Assembly (NCBI GenBank): GCA_965247895.1
Contig: OZ252046.1
Span: 3,005,282-3,069,281 of the forward strand
Length of the DNA stretch: 64,000 nt
Direction: 5' to 3'
DNA from: Dehalococcoidia bacterium
GTDB taxonomy: Bacteria > Chloroflexota > Dehalococcoidia > UBA2979
The notes below the pieces were generated by a model. It ran no database searches and had not been told where the DNA came from. It saw only the letters and a list, made by a program, of their open reading frames with translations. Below are positions 9,541 through 19,060 of this stretch, one piece after another. Positions within the stretch are counted from its first letter, which is position 1, and each line of letters begins with the position of its first letter. Position numbers and translations under genes: made by a program.

Positions 9541-9786
9541 ATGGTAGCGTTCGATACGGCCAAGGTAGAGCGGGCGCTGCGCGGGCCGCTCGGCGACGCG
9601 GCGGCGCGTGAGGTGACGGAAGCGCTCGCCGAAGGCTTGACACGCACATCGTCACGAAGGCCGACCTCAGAGCGCCCCCGCCCCGATTGGGGTGGCGAGG
9701 TGCTACTCCTCACGCTCGCGTCGAGTGTCATCATCCTCGGCGCGATCGCGATCGCGACGGCCATGATCCTGAACGAACTGCCGTGA
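9541..9786 (+). CDS. Small hypothetical protein with a C-terminal TM helix, inside the 366-bp insertion
   Basis: 81-aa ORF with a hydrophobic tail (VLLLTLASSVIILGAIAIATAMIL). Its stop abuts repeat copy 2. It has no obvious SD. Coding status is uncertain. Confidence 0.35.
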   Translation: MVAFDTAKVERALRGPLGDAAAREVTEALAEGLTRTSSRRPTSERPRPDWGGEVLLLTLASSVIILGAIAIATAMILNELP

Positions 9787-9856
9787 GCGCGCTCGGCCGC
9801 CGCGTCGCGCGCGTGACGCCCGCGGAACTGGCGGAGCTGGGCGCGTGAGGATCGGG
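9787..9856. repeat. 70-bp direct repeat, copy 2 (carries the gnd start GTG overlapping a TGA)
   Basis: See 9421..9490. The offset between copies is 366 bp. Confidence 0.95.
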
Positions 9857-10714
9857 CTCGCCGGCCTCGGGCGCATGGGCGGCGGCATCCGCGAACGCCT
9901 GCGCCGCGCCGGGCACGAGGTCGTCGGCTACGACCTCGACGCCGAGTTGCGCGACGCCGACTCCCTGGAGGCGATGGTCGAGGCCCTCGATCCACCGCGC
10001 GTGGTCTGGCTGATGCTCCCTTCCGGCGAGGCCACCGAGGGCGCCTTCGCCGAACTCACCGGCCTGCTCTCGGCGGGCGACCTCGTGATCGAGGGCGGCA
10101 ACAGCCGCTACACGGACTCGATCCGGCGCGCCGGGCAGGCCGAGGAGCGCGGGTTGCGCTTCCTCGACTGTGGCGTCTCCGGCGGCGTGTGGGGCCTCGA
10201 GGCGGGGTACTGCCTCATGGTCGGCGGAGCCGCGGATGCGTTCGCCGACGCCGAGCCGCTGTTCGCCGCGCTCGCTCCCGAGGGCGGCTACGCGCACCTC
10301 GGTCCCAGCGGGGCCGGGCACTACGTGAAGATGGTCCACAACGGCATCGAGTACGGCCTGATGCAGGCCTACGCCGAGGGCTTCGAGTTGCTCGACGCCT
10401 ACGACGACGAGCTCGACCTGGCGGAGATCGCCGGGCTCTGGCAGCAGGGGTCGGTCGTGCGCTCGTGGCTGCTCGAGCTGACCGAACGCGCGCTGGCGCG
10501 CGACCCCGCGCTGAGTCGCATCCAGCCCTATGTCGAGGACTCCGGCGAGGGCCGCTGGACGGTGATCGAGGGCGTCGAGCGCGGTGTGCCGGTGGACGTG
10601 ATCTCCGGCGCGCTGTGGGCGCGCTTCGCCTCGCGCGGCGAGCGCACGTTCGGACTGCGGCTGCTCGCCGCGCTGCGCAACGAGTTCGGTGGCCACGCCG
10701 TGCGCGAGGCGTAG
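9845..10714 (+). CDS. gnd: 6-phosphogluconate dehydrogenase, decarboxylating (short Gnd-like form)
   Basis: It has a Rossmann N-terminus (RIGLAGLGRMGGGI) and the motifs GGNSRY, CGVSGGVWG and HYVKMVHNGIEYGLMQAYAEGF. Confidence 0.9.
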   Translation: MRIGLAGLGRMGGGIRERLRRAGHEVVGYDLDAELRDADSLEAMVEALDPPRVVWLMLPSGEATEGAFAELTGLLSAGDLVIEGGNSRYTDSIRRAGQAEERGLRFLDCGVSGGVWGLEAGYCLMVGGAADAFADAEPLFAALAPEGGYAHLGPSGAGHYVKMVHNGIEYGLMQAYAEGFELLDAYDDELDLAEIAGLWQQGSVVRSWLLELTERALARDPALSRIQPYVEDSGEGRWTVIEGVERGVPVDVISGALWARFASRGERTFGLRLLAALRNEFGGHAVREA

Positions 10715-11620
10715 ATGGGCGCGGCAGCAGTCCTCGGCGTGGACCTGGGCGGCACGAACATGCGCGTCGCCGTCGTCACGCACGCGGGCGAGATCATCGC
10801 GCGCTCGGCGCAGCCGTCGCCTCCCGATGACCCCGGCGCGCTGCCCCGCCTGATGCGCGAGGTCGCGGCCGGGGCGAGCGAGGAGCTGCGCGGCGCGGTC
10901 GTGGGCGTGCCGGCGGTGGTGGACTACGAGCACGGCGTGGCGCAGCGCATGCCCAACCTCACGCGCTGGGAGGGCCACCTCGCCGCGCAACCGCTCGCCG
11001 ACGCCTGCGGGCTGCCCGCCGTCCTCGTCAACGACGCTGATCTCGCCGCCGTCGGCGAGCACCGCTACGGCGCGGGCCGCGGCGTCGACGACATGGTCTA
11101 CCTCACGATCAGCACCGGCATCGGCGGCGGCGTCGTGATCGACGGGCAGCTGCTGCACAGCAAGCGATCGCTCGCCGAAGTCGGCCAGACGACGATCGAC
11201 TACCGCGAGCGGCAGATCCTCGAGGCGCTCGGCTCCGGTCCGGCGCTGGAGCGGCTCTCCGGGCTGAGCGGCGCGGAAGTCACGAGGCGCGCGCGGGCGG
11301 GTGACGCGGCGGCGCTCGGCTGGCTCGGCGAGATCGCGGCGGTGATCGCCGTGGGCGTCGCGAACGCCATCGAGTGCTACATGCCGGAGCGCGTGGTGAT
11401 CGGCGGCGGGGTCGCCTCGGCAGGTGCGTTGCTGCTCGATCCGCTCCGCGAGCGGCTGGCGGAGCTGCACAGCGCGCGGCTGCTCGACCCCTCGCAGGTC
11501 GTGCCGGCGAGCGGCGGCGACGATGTCGGCCTGCGCGGCGCCTGGCCGCTCTGGGAGTACGCCGCCTCCCGCGAGGGCGCAACGACGCTCGCGCCGCGTG
11601 CGCCGGCCGGCGGCGCCTGA
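10715..11620 (+). CDS. ROK family sugar kinase (probable glucokinase)
   Basis: Motifs: LGVDLGGTNMRVAVV, VNDADLAAVGE, LTISTGIGGGVV. The ATG sits directly after the gnd stop. Confidence 0.85.
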   Translation: MGAAAVLGVDLGGTNMRVAVVTHAGEIIARSAQPSPPDDPGALPRLMREVAAGASEELRGAVVGVPAVVDYEHGVAQRMPNLTRWEGHLAAQPLADACGLPAVLVNDADLAAVGEHRYGAGRGVDDMVYLTISTGIGGGVVIDGQLLHSKRSLAEVGQTTIDYRERQILEALGSGPALERLSGLSGAEVTRRARAGDAAALGWLGEIAAVIAVGVANAIECYMPERVVIGGGVASAGALLLDPLRERLAELHSARLLDPSQVVPASGGDDVGLRGAWPLWEYAASREGATTLAPRAPAGGA

Positions 11621-11653
11621 GATCTCGTAGTCGTCGGGGGAGCGCTCTGCTTG

Positions 11654-12391
11654 CTACTCCAGCGCCTGCTGGAGGCGGGCGAGCACGGTACGCAACACCT
11701 GGATCCGCGCGTGGCGCTTCTGCTCTCCGTGGACCAGCACCCATGGCGAGGTGTCGACGTGGGTCTCCTCGAACATATCGTCCACCGCGTGCATGTAGAG
11801 GTCCCAGGCCTCGCGGTTGCGCCAGTCGTCGGCGGTCAGCTTGTAGCGCTTGAACGGGTCCGAGCCCCGCTGCTCGAAGCGGCGCAGTTGCTCCTCCCTG
11901 GAGATGTGCAGCCAGAACTTGATGATGATGGTGCCCCCGTCGTGGTAGAGGCGCTCGAACTCGCGGATCTCGCGGTAGGCCCGCTGCCACTCCGCGCGCG
12001 GTGTCAGGCCCTCGACGCGCTCGACGAGCACGCGGCCGTACCAGGAGCGGTCGAAGACGGCGATGCGCCCGCGCCGAGGCATGCGCGCGTGGAAGCGCTG
12101 CATGTAGTGCCCCAGCAACTCCAGCGGCGTGGGCGCACCGATCGCGTGCACGCGCACCCCGCGCGGATCGAGGTGTCCGGCGAGGCGCGCGATCGTGCCT
12201 CCCTTGCCCCCGGCGTCGACGCCCTCGACGACGACCACCGCAGCTGCGCTCTCCTCGTCGCGCATCCGCACCTGCAGCCGCAACAGCTCAAGCTGCAGCC
12301 GCTCGAGCTCCTCGTGGTACTCGACCCGCTTGACCCGCAACGTCGGGTCGAAGTCGGCGATACGCGGCGCGCGGCTGTCTGATTCCGACAC
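11654..12391 (-). CDS. ppk2: Polyphosphate kinase 2 (PPK2) family protein
   Basis: It has a Walker A motif (EGVDAGGKGGTI) and the motifs FDRSWYGRVLVERV and KFWLHISREEQLRRF. The GTG start follows GAGGA. Confidence 0.9.
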   Translation of the reverse strand: MSESDSRAPRIADFDPTLRVKRVEYHEELERLQLELLRLQVRMRDEESAAAVVVVEGVDAGGKGGTIARLAGHLDPRGVRVHAIGAPTPLELLGHYMQRFHARMPRRGRIAVFDRSWYGRVLVERVEGLTPRAEWQRAYREIREFERLYHDGGTIIIKFWLHISREEQLRRFEQRGSDPFKRYKLTADDWRNREAWDLYMHAVDDMFEETHVDTSPWVLVHGEQKRHARIQVLRTVLARLQQALE

Positions 12392-12403
12392 GGAACGTCC
12401 TCG

Positions 12404-13720
12404 CTACCCAGTGATAGCACCATAGGGCGCGATCTGCTCGCGGATCACCGAGCCGTCTCCGGCGATCGCGATCGTCATCTCCTCGGGGCGGAGGTACTCG
12501 GCAGCGAGCTCCCGGACCCGCTCCGGAGTGACCGCGTGGACGCGATCCACGTACTCCTCGGCGTAGCTCGCGCCGAGCTCGTGGAAGTCGAGGAAGCCGA
12601 GCTGGCCGAGCAGGCCCGCGGGCGTCGCGTTGCGCACGAGCAGGCCGCCGGCCATGAAGCGCTGAACGCCCTCGAGCTCCTCGGAGGAGGGCGGCTCGGC
12701 GCGGAGGCGGTCGATCTCGGCGAAGATCTCGTGCAGCGACGCGCCGGTGTGCTCCGTGGTCACGTCCGCCGCCTGCATCCAGTAGGCGTCGCGGTAGCGC
12801 ACGCCGACGGTGCTGCGAGGCGAGTAGGTGTAGCCCTTGTCCTCGCGCAGGTTGAGGGTGATGCGCGACATAAACGCACCGCCGAGCAGGGTATCGACGA
12901 CGGTCAGCGGCAGGTAATCCTCCTGCGAGGGGTCGGGCGCCGGCAGGCCGAGGCGGATCGTGGACTGTCCCGCGCCCGGCCGATCGATAAGGTGGATCGC
13001 CCGCGTGCTACTCGGCGAGGGCGGCGCGATCAACGGGGCGGGCCCGACCTGCCAGCCCTCGAAGGCCTCGCGCAGCGCCTGCTCCACCGCAGCGGGGTCG
13101 AAGCGGCCGGCGACGTAGACGTGCGCCCGCGCCGCGCCCAGCTCGCCGGCGACGAAGCCGCGTACGTCCTCGATGCCCAGCGCTTCCACATCCTCGCGCG
13201 AGGGCAGCACGCGCGCGTAGGGGTGGTCGCCGTAGAGCGCGGCGTGGAAGCGCTCTAGCGCCAGCACACTGGGCTCCGTCGCGGCGACGGCCAGTTCGCG
13301 CAGCAGTTCCGCGCGCAGCCGCTCTAGCTCCTCCTCCGGGAGGCGCGGCCGCGTGACGACCTCGCCGAGCAGCCGCAGCGCCTCGGGCGCGGACTCGGAC
13401 AGCACCGCGATGTCGAGCGTCGTCGCGTCGTCGCCGCTGTGCGTGTCGAGCTGCCCGCCGCAGCGCGCCAGCCGCGCAGCCAGTTCGCCCGCGTCGAGGT
13501 CGCCCGCGCCCTCCTTGAGGTAGCGCGAGGCAAGCACCGCGAGCCCGGAGGCGCCCGCGCGCTCGTTGAGCCCGCCGGCGCGCAGCGCGATCCGCAGGGT
13601 GGCCTTCGGCACGGCGCCGTACTCGACGAGGGTGGCGCGCAGCCCGTTGCCGAGGGTGAGCTCGGTGCGTTGCGGCAGGCGGAACGGAGCCGGATCGCCG
13701 GCGGTCGGTCGTGTGCTCAT
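12404..13720 (-). CDS. M16 family peptidase subunit, no HxxEH motif seen (likely non-catalytic partner)
   Basis: Insulinase-like, 438 aa. Its start overlaps the stop of the upstream M16 gene (ATGA). Confidence 0.8.
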   Translation of the reverse strand: MSTRPTAGDPAPFRLPQRTELTLGNGLRATLVEYGAVPKATLRIALRAGGLNERAGASGLAVLASRYLKEGAGDLDAGELAARLARCGGQLDTHSGDDATTLDIAVLSESAPEALRLLGEVVTRPRLPEEELERLRAELLRELAVAATEPSVLALERFHAALYGDHPYARVLPSREDVEALGIEDVRGFVAGELGAARAHVYVAGRFDPAAVEQALREAFEGWQVGPAPLIAPPSPSSTRAIHLIDRPGAGQSTIRLGLPAPDPSQEDYLPLTVVDTLLGGAFMSRITLNLREDKGYTYSPRSTVGVRYRDAYWMQAADVTTEHTGASLHEIFAEIDRLRAEPPSSEELEGVQRFMAGGLLVRNATPAGLLGQLGFLDFHELGASYAEEYVDRVHAVTPERVRELAAEYLRPEEMTIAIAGDGSVIREQIAPYGAITG

Positions 13721-15033
13721 TCGGCGTTCGCTCCCGGCTCGAGGGCGATCACGGTGCGCGCCTCCGGGCGCAGGTACTCGCGCGCCGTCTCCAGCACCAA
13801 CTCCGGGCTGAGCGCGCGCATCTCCGCCTCAAGGCGGTTGACGCGCCCCGGGTCGTCGTCGAACAGCGCGAACGAGGCGAGCAGGTCGGCGCGCCCGATC
13901 GCCGGGTACATCCCGCCGCCGATCGTGGAGTAGAGACCGGAGCGCGCCTTCACGAGTGCGAGGTCGAACGCCTCCGCGTCGAGCGGCGTCTCGCGCAGCG
14001 GCGCGATCACCTCCTCGGCGGCCTCGACGATCGTCTGCGGCGCTGCCTCCGCGTCGTGGATCAGCGAGCAGGTCCAGAGCAGCGGCGTCCGCGCGCTGAA
14101 CATGTTGCCGAGGAAGTTGATCCCCGCGTCGATCTCGCCGCAGTAGCCGCGGCGGCTGACCAGCTCGCGGTACAGCAGCGAGTCGTCGCCTCCGGCGAGC
14201 AGCTGGTGCAGCACGGCCATCGCGAGGAACTCGGGCGTGTCGCGCTGCGGCGTCTGGTAGGCGAAGGCGAGGGCGGGCTGGCTGGCGAGCGGGTCCGCCT
14301 TCGTGAACGCCTGCTCCGCCTCCTGCCGCGGCTCGGCGAGGTCCGGCCGCTGCGGGGCCGCTGCGCCCTCGATCGAGCCGAAGTGCCGATCGGCCAGCGT
14401 GAACGCCTCCTCGATCTCCACGTCGCCGACGATCACGAGCACCGCGTTGCGCGGCGAGTAGAAGTCGCCGAAGAAGGCCCACACGTCGTCCAGGCTGGCG
14501 GCGTCGAGATCCTCGAACTCGCCGTAGCCGTTGTGGGCGTTGTGCCAGTTGCTGAAGGCGCGCTCGCACATGTCGATCCAGGGGAAGCCGCCATAGGGGC
14601 GGTTGAGGACGTTGACGCGCACCTCGTTCTTGACCACGTCGCGCTGGTTGTCGAGCTCCTCTTGCGTGATGCGCGGCCCACGCATGCGGTCCGCCTCGAG
14701 CCAGAGCGCGAGCTCCAGCGCGGGCCTGGGGAGCACCTCGAAGTAGTTGGTGTAGTCGGTGCGCGTGGTGCCGTTGAGCACCCCGCCGTTCTTCTGCACG
14801 AGCTGGACCAGCTCCATCTTCGCGAGCTGCCCGGAGCCCTGGAACATCAGGTGCTCGAAGAGGTGCGCGAAGCCGGAGCGCCCGCGCGGTTCGAGCCGGA
14901 AGCCGACCTCGTAGTAGACGGCGACGGCGACGATCGGCGCGGAGGCGTCCGGGGAGACGACGACGCGCAGCCCGTTGCCGAGCCGCCGGTACTCGACCGG
15001 TACGTGGAGCGTGAACGCGCCGTTGTCCGCCAT
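13717..15033 (-). CDS. M16 family zinc peptidase (catalytic, HxxEH)
   Basis: It has FAHLFEHLMFQGS. I chose the ATG at 15033 (MADNGAFTL...), which gives 438 aa, the same as its partner. The track ORF extends to 15162. Confidence 0.85.
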   Translation of the reverse strand: MADNGAFTLHVPVEYRRLGNGLRVVVSPDASAPIVAVAVYYEVGFRLEPRGRSGFAHLFEHLMFQGSGQLAKMELVQLVQKNGGVLNGTTRTDYTNYFEVLPRPALELALWLEADRMRGPRITQEELDNQRDVVKNEVRVNVLNRPYGGFPWIDMCERAFSNWHNAHNGYGEFEDLDAASLDDVWAFFGDFYSPRNAVLVIVGDVEIEEAFTLADRHFGSIEGAAAPQRPDLAEPRQEAEQAFTKADPLASQPALAFAYQTPQRDTPEFLAMAVLHQLLAGGDDSLLYRELVSRRGYCGEIDAGINFLGNMFSARTPLLWTCSLIHDAEAAPQTIVEAAEEVIAPLRETPLDAEAFDLALVKARSGLYSTIGGGMYPAIGRADLLASFALFDDDPGRVNRLEAEMRALSPELVLETAREYLRPEARTVIALEPGANAE

Positions 15034-15315
15034 CGGGCCTGCCCTCCGCCCGCCGCTGCGCTGGCGGGACGCGCGCAGGGTAGCGCGCCGCAGGGCAGGG
15101 GCGCGAGGGCGCGCACAGTCGGCTGGGAGGAACGCGTCGTTCACAGTCCTTTGACATAGCACGCGCTATCGGCAGAACGAACGCGATGCTACGATTATTT
15201 CCGCCGACGGCTCCCCACGCCCGCGGGCCCGCCTCGCGGACGGTCCGGCCGCCCGGCTTCTGCAAGGCAGCACGGCGCCACGCGCCGACACGATCACCCG
15301 CCCCGGGAGGACGCT

Positions 15316-16395
15316 ATGACCGAATACGCAACTCGCCCCATCTCCGACCTCCACGTCGTCGACACGATCCCGCTGCCGACGCCCGCCGAGTTCGAGGCAG
15401 AGCTGCCGATTCCGCCGGGCGTCCTCGACACCGTGGTGCGGGGCCGCCGCGCCATCGAGGAGATCCTGTCCGGCCGCGACGAGCGCCTGCTGCTGATCGC
15501 CGGCCCGTGCTCGATCCACGACGAGCGCTCGGCGATGGAGTACGCGCAACGCCTCGCCGTCCTCGCCCGCGAGATCGAGGATCGCGTGCTGGTCGTGATG
15601 CGCGTCTACTTCGAGAAGCCGCGCACGACCGTCGGCTGGAAGGGCCTGATCTACGACCCGGACCTCGACGGCTCGTTCAACATCGCCACCGGGCTGCGCC
15701 GGGCGCGCCAGTTGCTCATCGACATCGGCGACCTCGGCCTGCCGACGGGCACGGAGTTCCTGGACCCGATCGCGCCGCAGTACCTGGCGGACCTGATCTC
15801 CTGGGTCGCCGTCGGCGCGCGCACCACGGAGAGCCAGACGCACCGCCAGATGGCGAGCGGGCTGAGCATGCCGGTCGGCTTCAAGAACAGCACCGACGGC
15901 AACATCGAGGTCGCCGTCAACGCGCTGCTCTCGGCGCGCGAGCCGCACGCCTTCCTCGGTATCGACCGCGAGGGCCGGACCTGCACGGTGCAGACCAGCG
16001 GCAACCCCTACGGCCACATCGTGCTGCGCGGCGGCAGCGACGGGCCGAACTACGATTCAGACACCGTCGGCGAGACCTACCGGCAGCTCGAGGGCGCCGA
16101 TCTGACTCCCGCCGTCCTCGTCGACTGCAGTCACGCCAACTCCGGCAAGGACCACCGGCGCCAGTCGATCGCCTTCCGTGACGTGATCGCGCAGCGCGCG
16201 GCCGGTGACGCGGGCATCGTCGGGCTGATGCTCGAGAGCCACCTGCACGAGGGCAGCCAGTCCCTCGGCGACGACGCGAGCGCGCTCCGCTACGGCGTCT
16301 CGATCACCGATGCCTGCATCGGCTGGGACGAGACGGTGGAACTGCTGCGCGAGGCGGCGGACTCGCTCGCGGCGCCGGTCGCAGCGCCGGCCTAA
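15316..16395 (+). CDS. aroG: 3-deoxy-7-phosphoheptulonate (DAHP) synthase, class I
   Basis: Motifs: LLIAGPCSIHD, KPRTTVGWKGL, VDCSHANS. The isozyme assignment is not resolvable from sequence alone. Confidence 0.9.
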   Translation: MTEYATRPISDLHVVDTIPLPTPAEFEAELPIPPGVLDTVVRGRRAIEEILSGRDERLLLIAGPCSIHDERSAMEYAQRLAVLAREIEDRVLVVMRVYFEKPRTTVGWKGLIYDPDLDGSFNIATGLRRARQLLIDIGDLGLPTGTEFLDPIAPQYLADLISWVAVGARTTESQTHRQMASGLSMPVGFKNSTDGNIEVAVNALLSAREPHAFLGIDREGRTCTVQTSGNPYGHIVLRGGSDGPNYDSDTVGETYRQLEGADLTPAVLVDCSHANSGKDHRRQSIAFRDVIAQRAAGDAGIVGLMLESHLHEGSQSLGDDASALRYGVSITDACIGWDETVELLREAADSLAAPVAAPA

Positions 16396-16408
16396 CGCCG
16401 AACTCCCG

Positions 16409-16993
16409 TCAGCTCCCGCCGCCCCCCCGCGGCGAGGCCCAGCGGGGCTCCTCGACGCCCTCGCGCCGGTTGACGGCGCGCGCCGCGACGAAGAGGAAGT
16501 CCGACAGCCGGTTCAGGTAGATCAGCACCTCGTCCGAGACCTCCTCCGAGGCCCCGAGCGTGACCACGCGCCGCTCGGCGCGGCGACAGACCGTGCGCGC
16601 GAGGTGCAGCGCGGCGGCCACGGGCGCGCCGCCCGGCAGGATGAACTGCGTGAGCGGCTCCAGCTCCTGCTCCAGCGCGTCGATCCAGCCCTCGAGGCGC
16701 TCGCTCGCGCCCTCGGCGAGCAGGGGCGTCAGCTTGCCGGTGGCCGCCCGCTCGCGCGCGTCCGGCGTGGCCAGCTCGCCGCCGAGGTCGAACAGCGTCG
16801 ACTGGATCTCGTGCAGCATCTCCGCGAGGTCGGACGACGCCTCGCCGTCGAGTCCCGCCGCGGCGCCGCCGAGCACGGCGTTCAGCTCGTCGACGGCGCC
16901 GTAGGCCTCGACGCGTGCCGCGTCCTTGGGGACGCGCGGTCCGCCGAACAGTCCGGTCTCGCCCTCGTCTCCGGTGCGCGTGTAGATCTTCAC
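16409..16993 (-). CDS. ATP:cob(I)alamin adenosyltransferase, PduO type
   Basis: N-terminus KIYTRTGDEGETGLFGG...EAYGAVDELN. The GTG start follows GGGAGGG. Confidence 0.9.
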   Translation of the reverse strand: MKIYTRTGDEGETGLFGGPRVPKDAARVEAYGAVDELNAVLGGAAAGLDGEASSDLAEMLHEIQSTLFDLGGELATPDARERAATGKLTPLLAEGASERLEGWIDALEQELEPLTQFILPGGAPVAAALHLARTVCRRAERRVVTLGASEEVSDEVLIYLNRLSDFLFVAARAVNRREGVEEPRWASPRGGGGS

Positions 16994-17024
16994 GGCTCAG
17001 CCCTCCCGATTCGCGTGGCGCTGC

Positions 17025-17891
17025 TTACTGCGGGTACGCCTCGATGAAGGCGCGCAACGCTTCGAGGTGCTCGCCGACCGTGGCCATGCCGGAGGTGTTG
17101 GTGCTGACCGTGAAGCGAGTCGCGCCCAGCTCGCGCCAGGTCTCGGCGCGCCGCAGTTGCTCGTCCAGGTCCTTGCCCTTCGTGCTGACGCTGAGGTTGA
17201 AGCCGAGCTCCGAGGGATCGCGGCCGGCGCGCTCGGCGGCGGCGAGCACGCGCTCGCGGCGGGGCAGGAAGCCCTCGGGGCTGTGGAAGCGCGGCGGCAC
17301 GAGCCAGCCATCGCCGAGGCGCCCGGTGCGGTCCATCATCACGCCCGCGTAGCCGCCCATCCAGATCGGGATGCGGCGGTTCGGGAGGGGGTTGATGCCC
17401 GCGTCGCGGAAGGCGTGGTGCTCGCCCTCGAAGGTGACGAGCGGCTCCTCCCAGAGCCGCAGCAGCAGCACGACCTGCTCCTCGATGCGCGACCCGCGTG
17501 TCGCGAAGTCGACGCCGAGCGCCTCGTACTCGATCTCGTTCCAGCCGCTGCCGATACCGAGCTCGAACCGCCCGCCGGAGAGCAGATCGACCTCGGCCGC
17601 CTGCTTGGCGACGAGCGCGGTCTGGCGCTGCGAGAGGATGAGCACGCTGGTCACGAGCTTGATGCTGGAGGTCAGCGCCGCGGCGTAGCCGAACATCACG
17701 AACGGCTCGCGGAACATCGCGTGGTGGGTGTAGGGCCCCTCGAGTTCGTACTGCGACGCATCCGCGCCGAGCACGTGATCGGCGGCGCGCATGTGCGCGT
17801 AGCCGAGCTGCTCGACGCCCTGCACGTAGTCGCGCAGCGCGCCGCTGTCGCGTCCGATCGCCCGTTGCGGGAATCCCGCTCCCAGCTCCAC
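17025..17891 (-). CDS. LLM-class (luciferase-like) flavin/F420-dependent oxidoreductase
   Basis: Luciferase-like pattern (FELGIGSGWN..EYEALG). The GTG start follows GAAGGAGG. Confidence 0.8.
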   Translation of the reverse strand: MELGAGFPQRAIGRDSGALRDYVQGVEQLGYAHMRAADHVLGADASQYELEGPYTHHAMFREPFVMFGYAAALTSSIKLVTSVLILSQRQTALVAKQAAEVDLLSGGRFELGIGSGWNEIEYEALGVDFATRGSRIEEQVVLLLRLWEEPLVTFEGEHHAFRDAGINPLPNRRIPIWMGGYAGVMMDRTGRLGDGWLVPPRFHSPEGFLPRRERVLAAAERAGRDPSELGFNLSVSTKGKDLDEQLRRAETWRELGATRFTVSTNTSGMATVGEHLEALRAFIEAYPQ

Positions 17892-17947
17892 TCGCGGCCT
17901 CCTTCGCTGCGTCCTCGTCAGTCTCGCCCGGCGCCCGGCTCGCGGGC

Positions 17948-18790
17948 CTAGCCGCGCGGCCGGGCGCGCGGGTTCGTGCGCGTCAGGATGCCCTCGGCGC
18001 GCTGCCGCACCCAGGGATCGATGTCGTCGTGCGTGAGGATCCAGAAGCGCTGATCGCCGATCGCCTCGAAGACGCGCGCGGCGACCTCGGCCGGCGCGAT
18101 CGCGTTGCGCGCGAACTCATCGCGCAGCCGCTCCTGCGCCGGATCCGTGCGCGCCGGGCCGGCGTTGCGCAGCGCCTCGGGGCGGTTGCGGTAGGAGTCG
18201 AGGATGTTCGTGCGCACGATGCCGGGACAGAGCACCGAGGCGCGCACGGCCGCGCCGCGCTGCTCCAGCTCCAGTTGCAGCGACTCGGTCAGCGCGACTA
18301 CGCCCGCCTTGCTCACGCCGTAGGGAGCGTTGCCGGGCAGCGGCGTCAGCCCCGCCACGGAGGCGGTGTTGACGACGTGGCCCTCCTCGCCGCCGTCGAG
18401 CATCCTCGGAACGAACGCGCGCACGCCGTGGATCACGCCCCAGAGATTGACGCCGAGCGTCCACTGCCAGTCCGCGAGCGAGGCGCGGTAGGCCGCGCGG
18501 TTGGCGCCGCCGACTCCGGCGTTGTTGCAGAGCACGTGCACCGCGCCGAACGCCTCGTAGGCGCGCTCCGCGAGGGCGTCCACGCTGTCCGCGTTCGAGA
18601 CATCGGTCGCGACGGCGAGCACCTCGGCGCCGCCGTCGCGCAGCGCGGCCGCGGTCGCCTCGAGGGCGTCGCGCTCGACGTCGGCGAGGACGATCCGCAT
18701 CCCCGCCTCGGCGAAACGCTGCGCCATCGCGCGGCCGATCCCGCTCGCCCCGCCGGTGACGACCGCCACGCGGCCCTCGAACTCCTGCAT
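17948..18790 (-). CDS. SDR family oxidoreductase (paralog 1)
   Basis: Motifs: TGGASGIGRA, NNAG, YGVSKAG. Confidence 0.9.
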   Translation of the reverse strand: MQEFEGRVAVVTGGASGIGRAMAQRFAEAGMRIVLADVERDALEATAAALRDGGAEVLAVATDVSNADSVDALAERAYEAFGAVHVLCNNAGVGGANRAAYRASLADWQWTLGVNLWGVIHGVRAFVPRMLDGGEEGHVVNTASVAGLTPLPGNAPYGVSKAGVVALTESLQLELEQRGAAVRASVLCPGIVRTNILDSYRNRPEALRNAGPARTDPAQERLRDEFARNAIAPAEVAARVFEAIGDQRFWILTHDDIDPWVRQRAEGILTRTNPRARPRG

Positions 18791-18857
18791 CGCCGCGTCC
18801 CTTCCGCGATCGCCTCGATTCTACGGGGCGATCGTCGCGACATCGCCCGGCGAGCGC

Positions 18858-18985
18858 TCAGCCGGACCCGGAATAACGCTCCGGCTCCAGCCGGGCGCTC
18901 GGGTTCGTGCGCGTCAGGAGGCGCTCCGCGCGCTGCCGCACCCAGTGATGTCGTCGTGCGTGAGGATCCAGGAGCGCTGCTCGCG
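18858..18985 (-). pseudogene. 3'-terminal fragment of an SDR gene, closest to the paralog at 24013..24894
   Basis: About 125 bp aligns with 24031..24162 at roughly 90% identity by eye. It has a 5-nt deletion after CACCCAG, other small indels, and its own TGA stop. Confidence 0.8.
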
Positions 18986-19060
18986 CTCCACTCGCTGACC
19001 CCGTAGCGTCAGGTCCTGCGGTCGACTGAACGGTCGCCGCCGTGGAAGGGCAGGAGCTAC

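Noticed and set aside
5532-9995. A 1487-aa ORF on the minus strand. Similar very long antisense or off-frame ORFs occur at 3944..6196, 26907..29042, 40141..41826, 48416..50416 and 50453..53329.
   Set aside because: They lie antisense to, or out of frame with, genes that have clear family signatures. Their translations are Arg/Ala/Gly/Pro-rich low-complexity strings, which is typical of stop-codon-poor frames in ~70% GC DNA. None has a recognisable motif.
15151-15156. A perfect TTGACA -35 hexamer in the divergent M16 / DAHP synthase intergenic region.
   Set aside because: No acceptable -10 hexamer lies 16-19 nt downstream, so it is not reported as a promoter.
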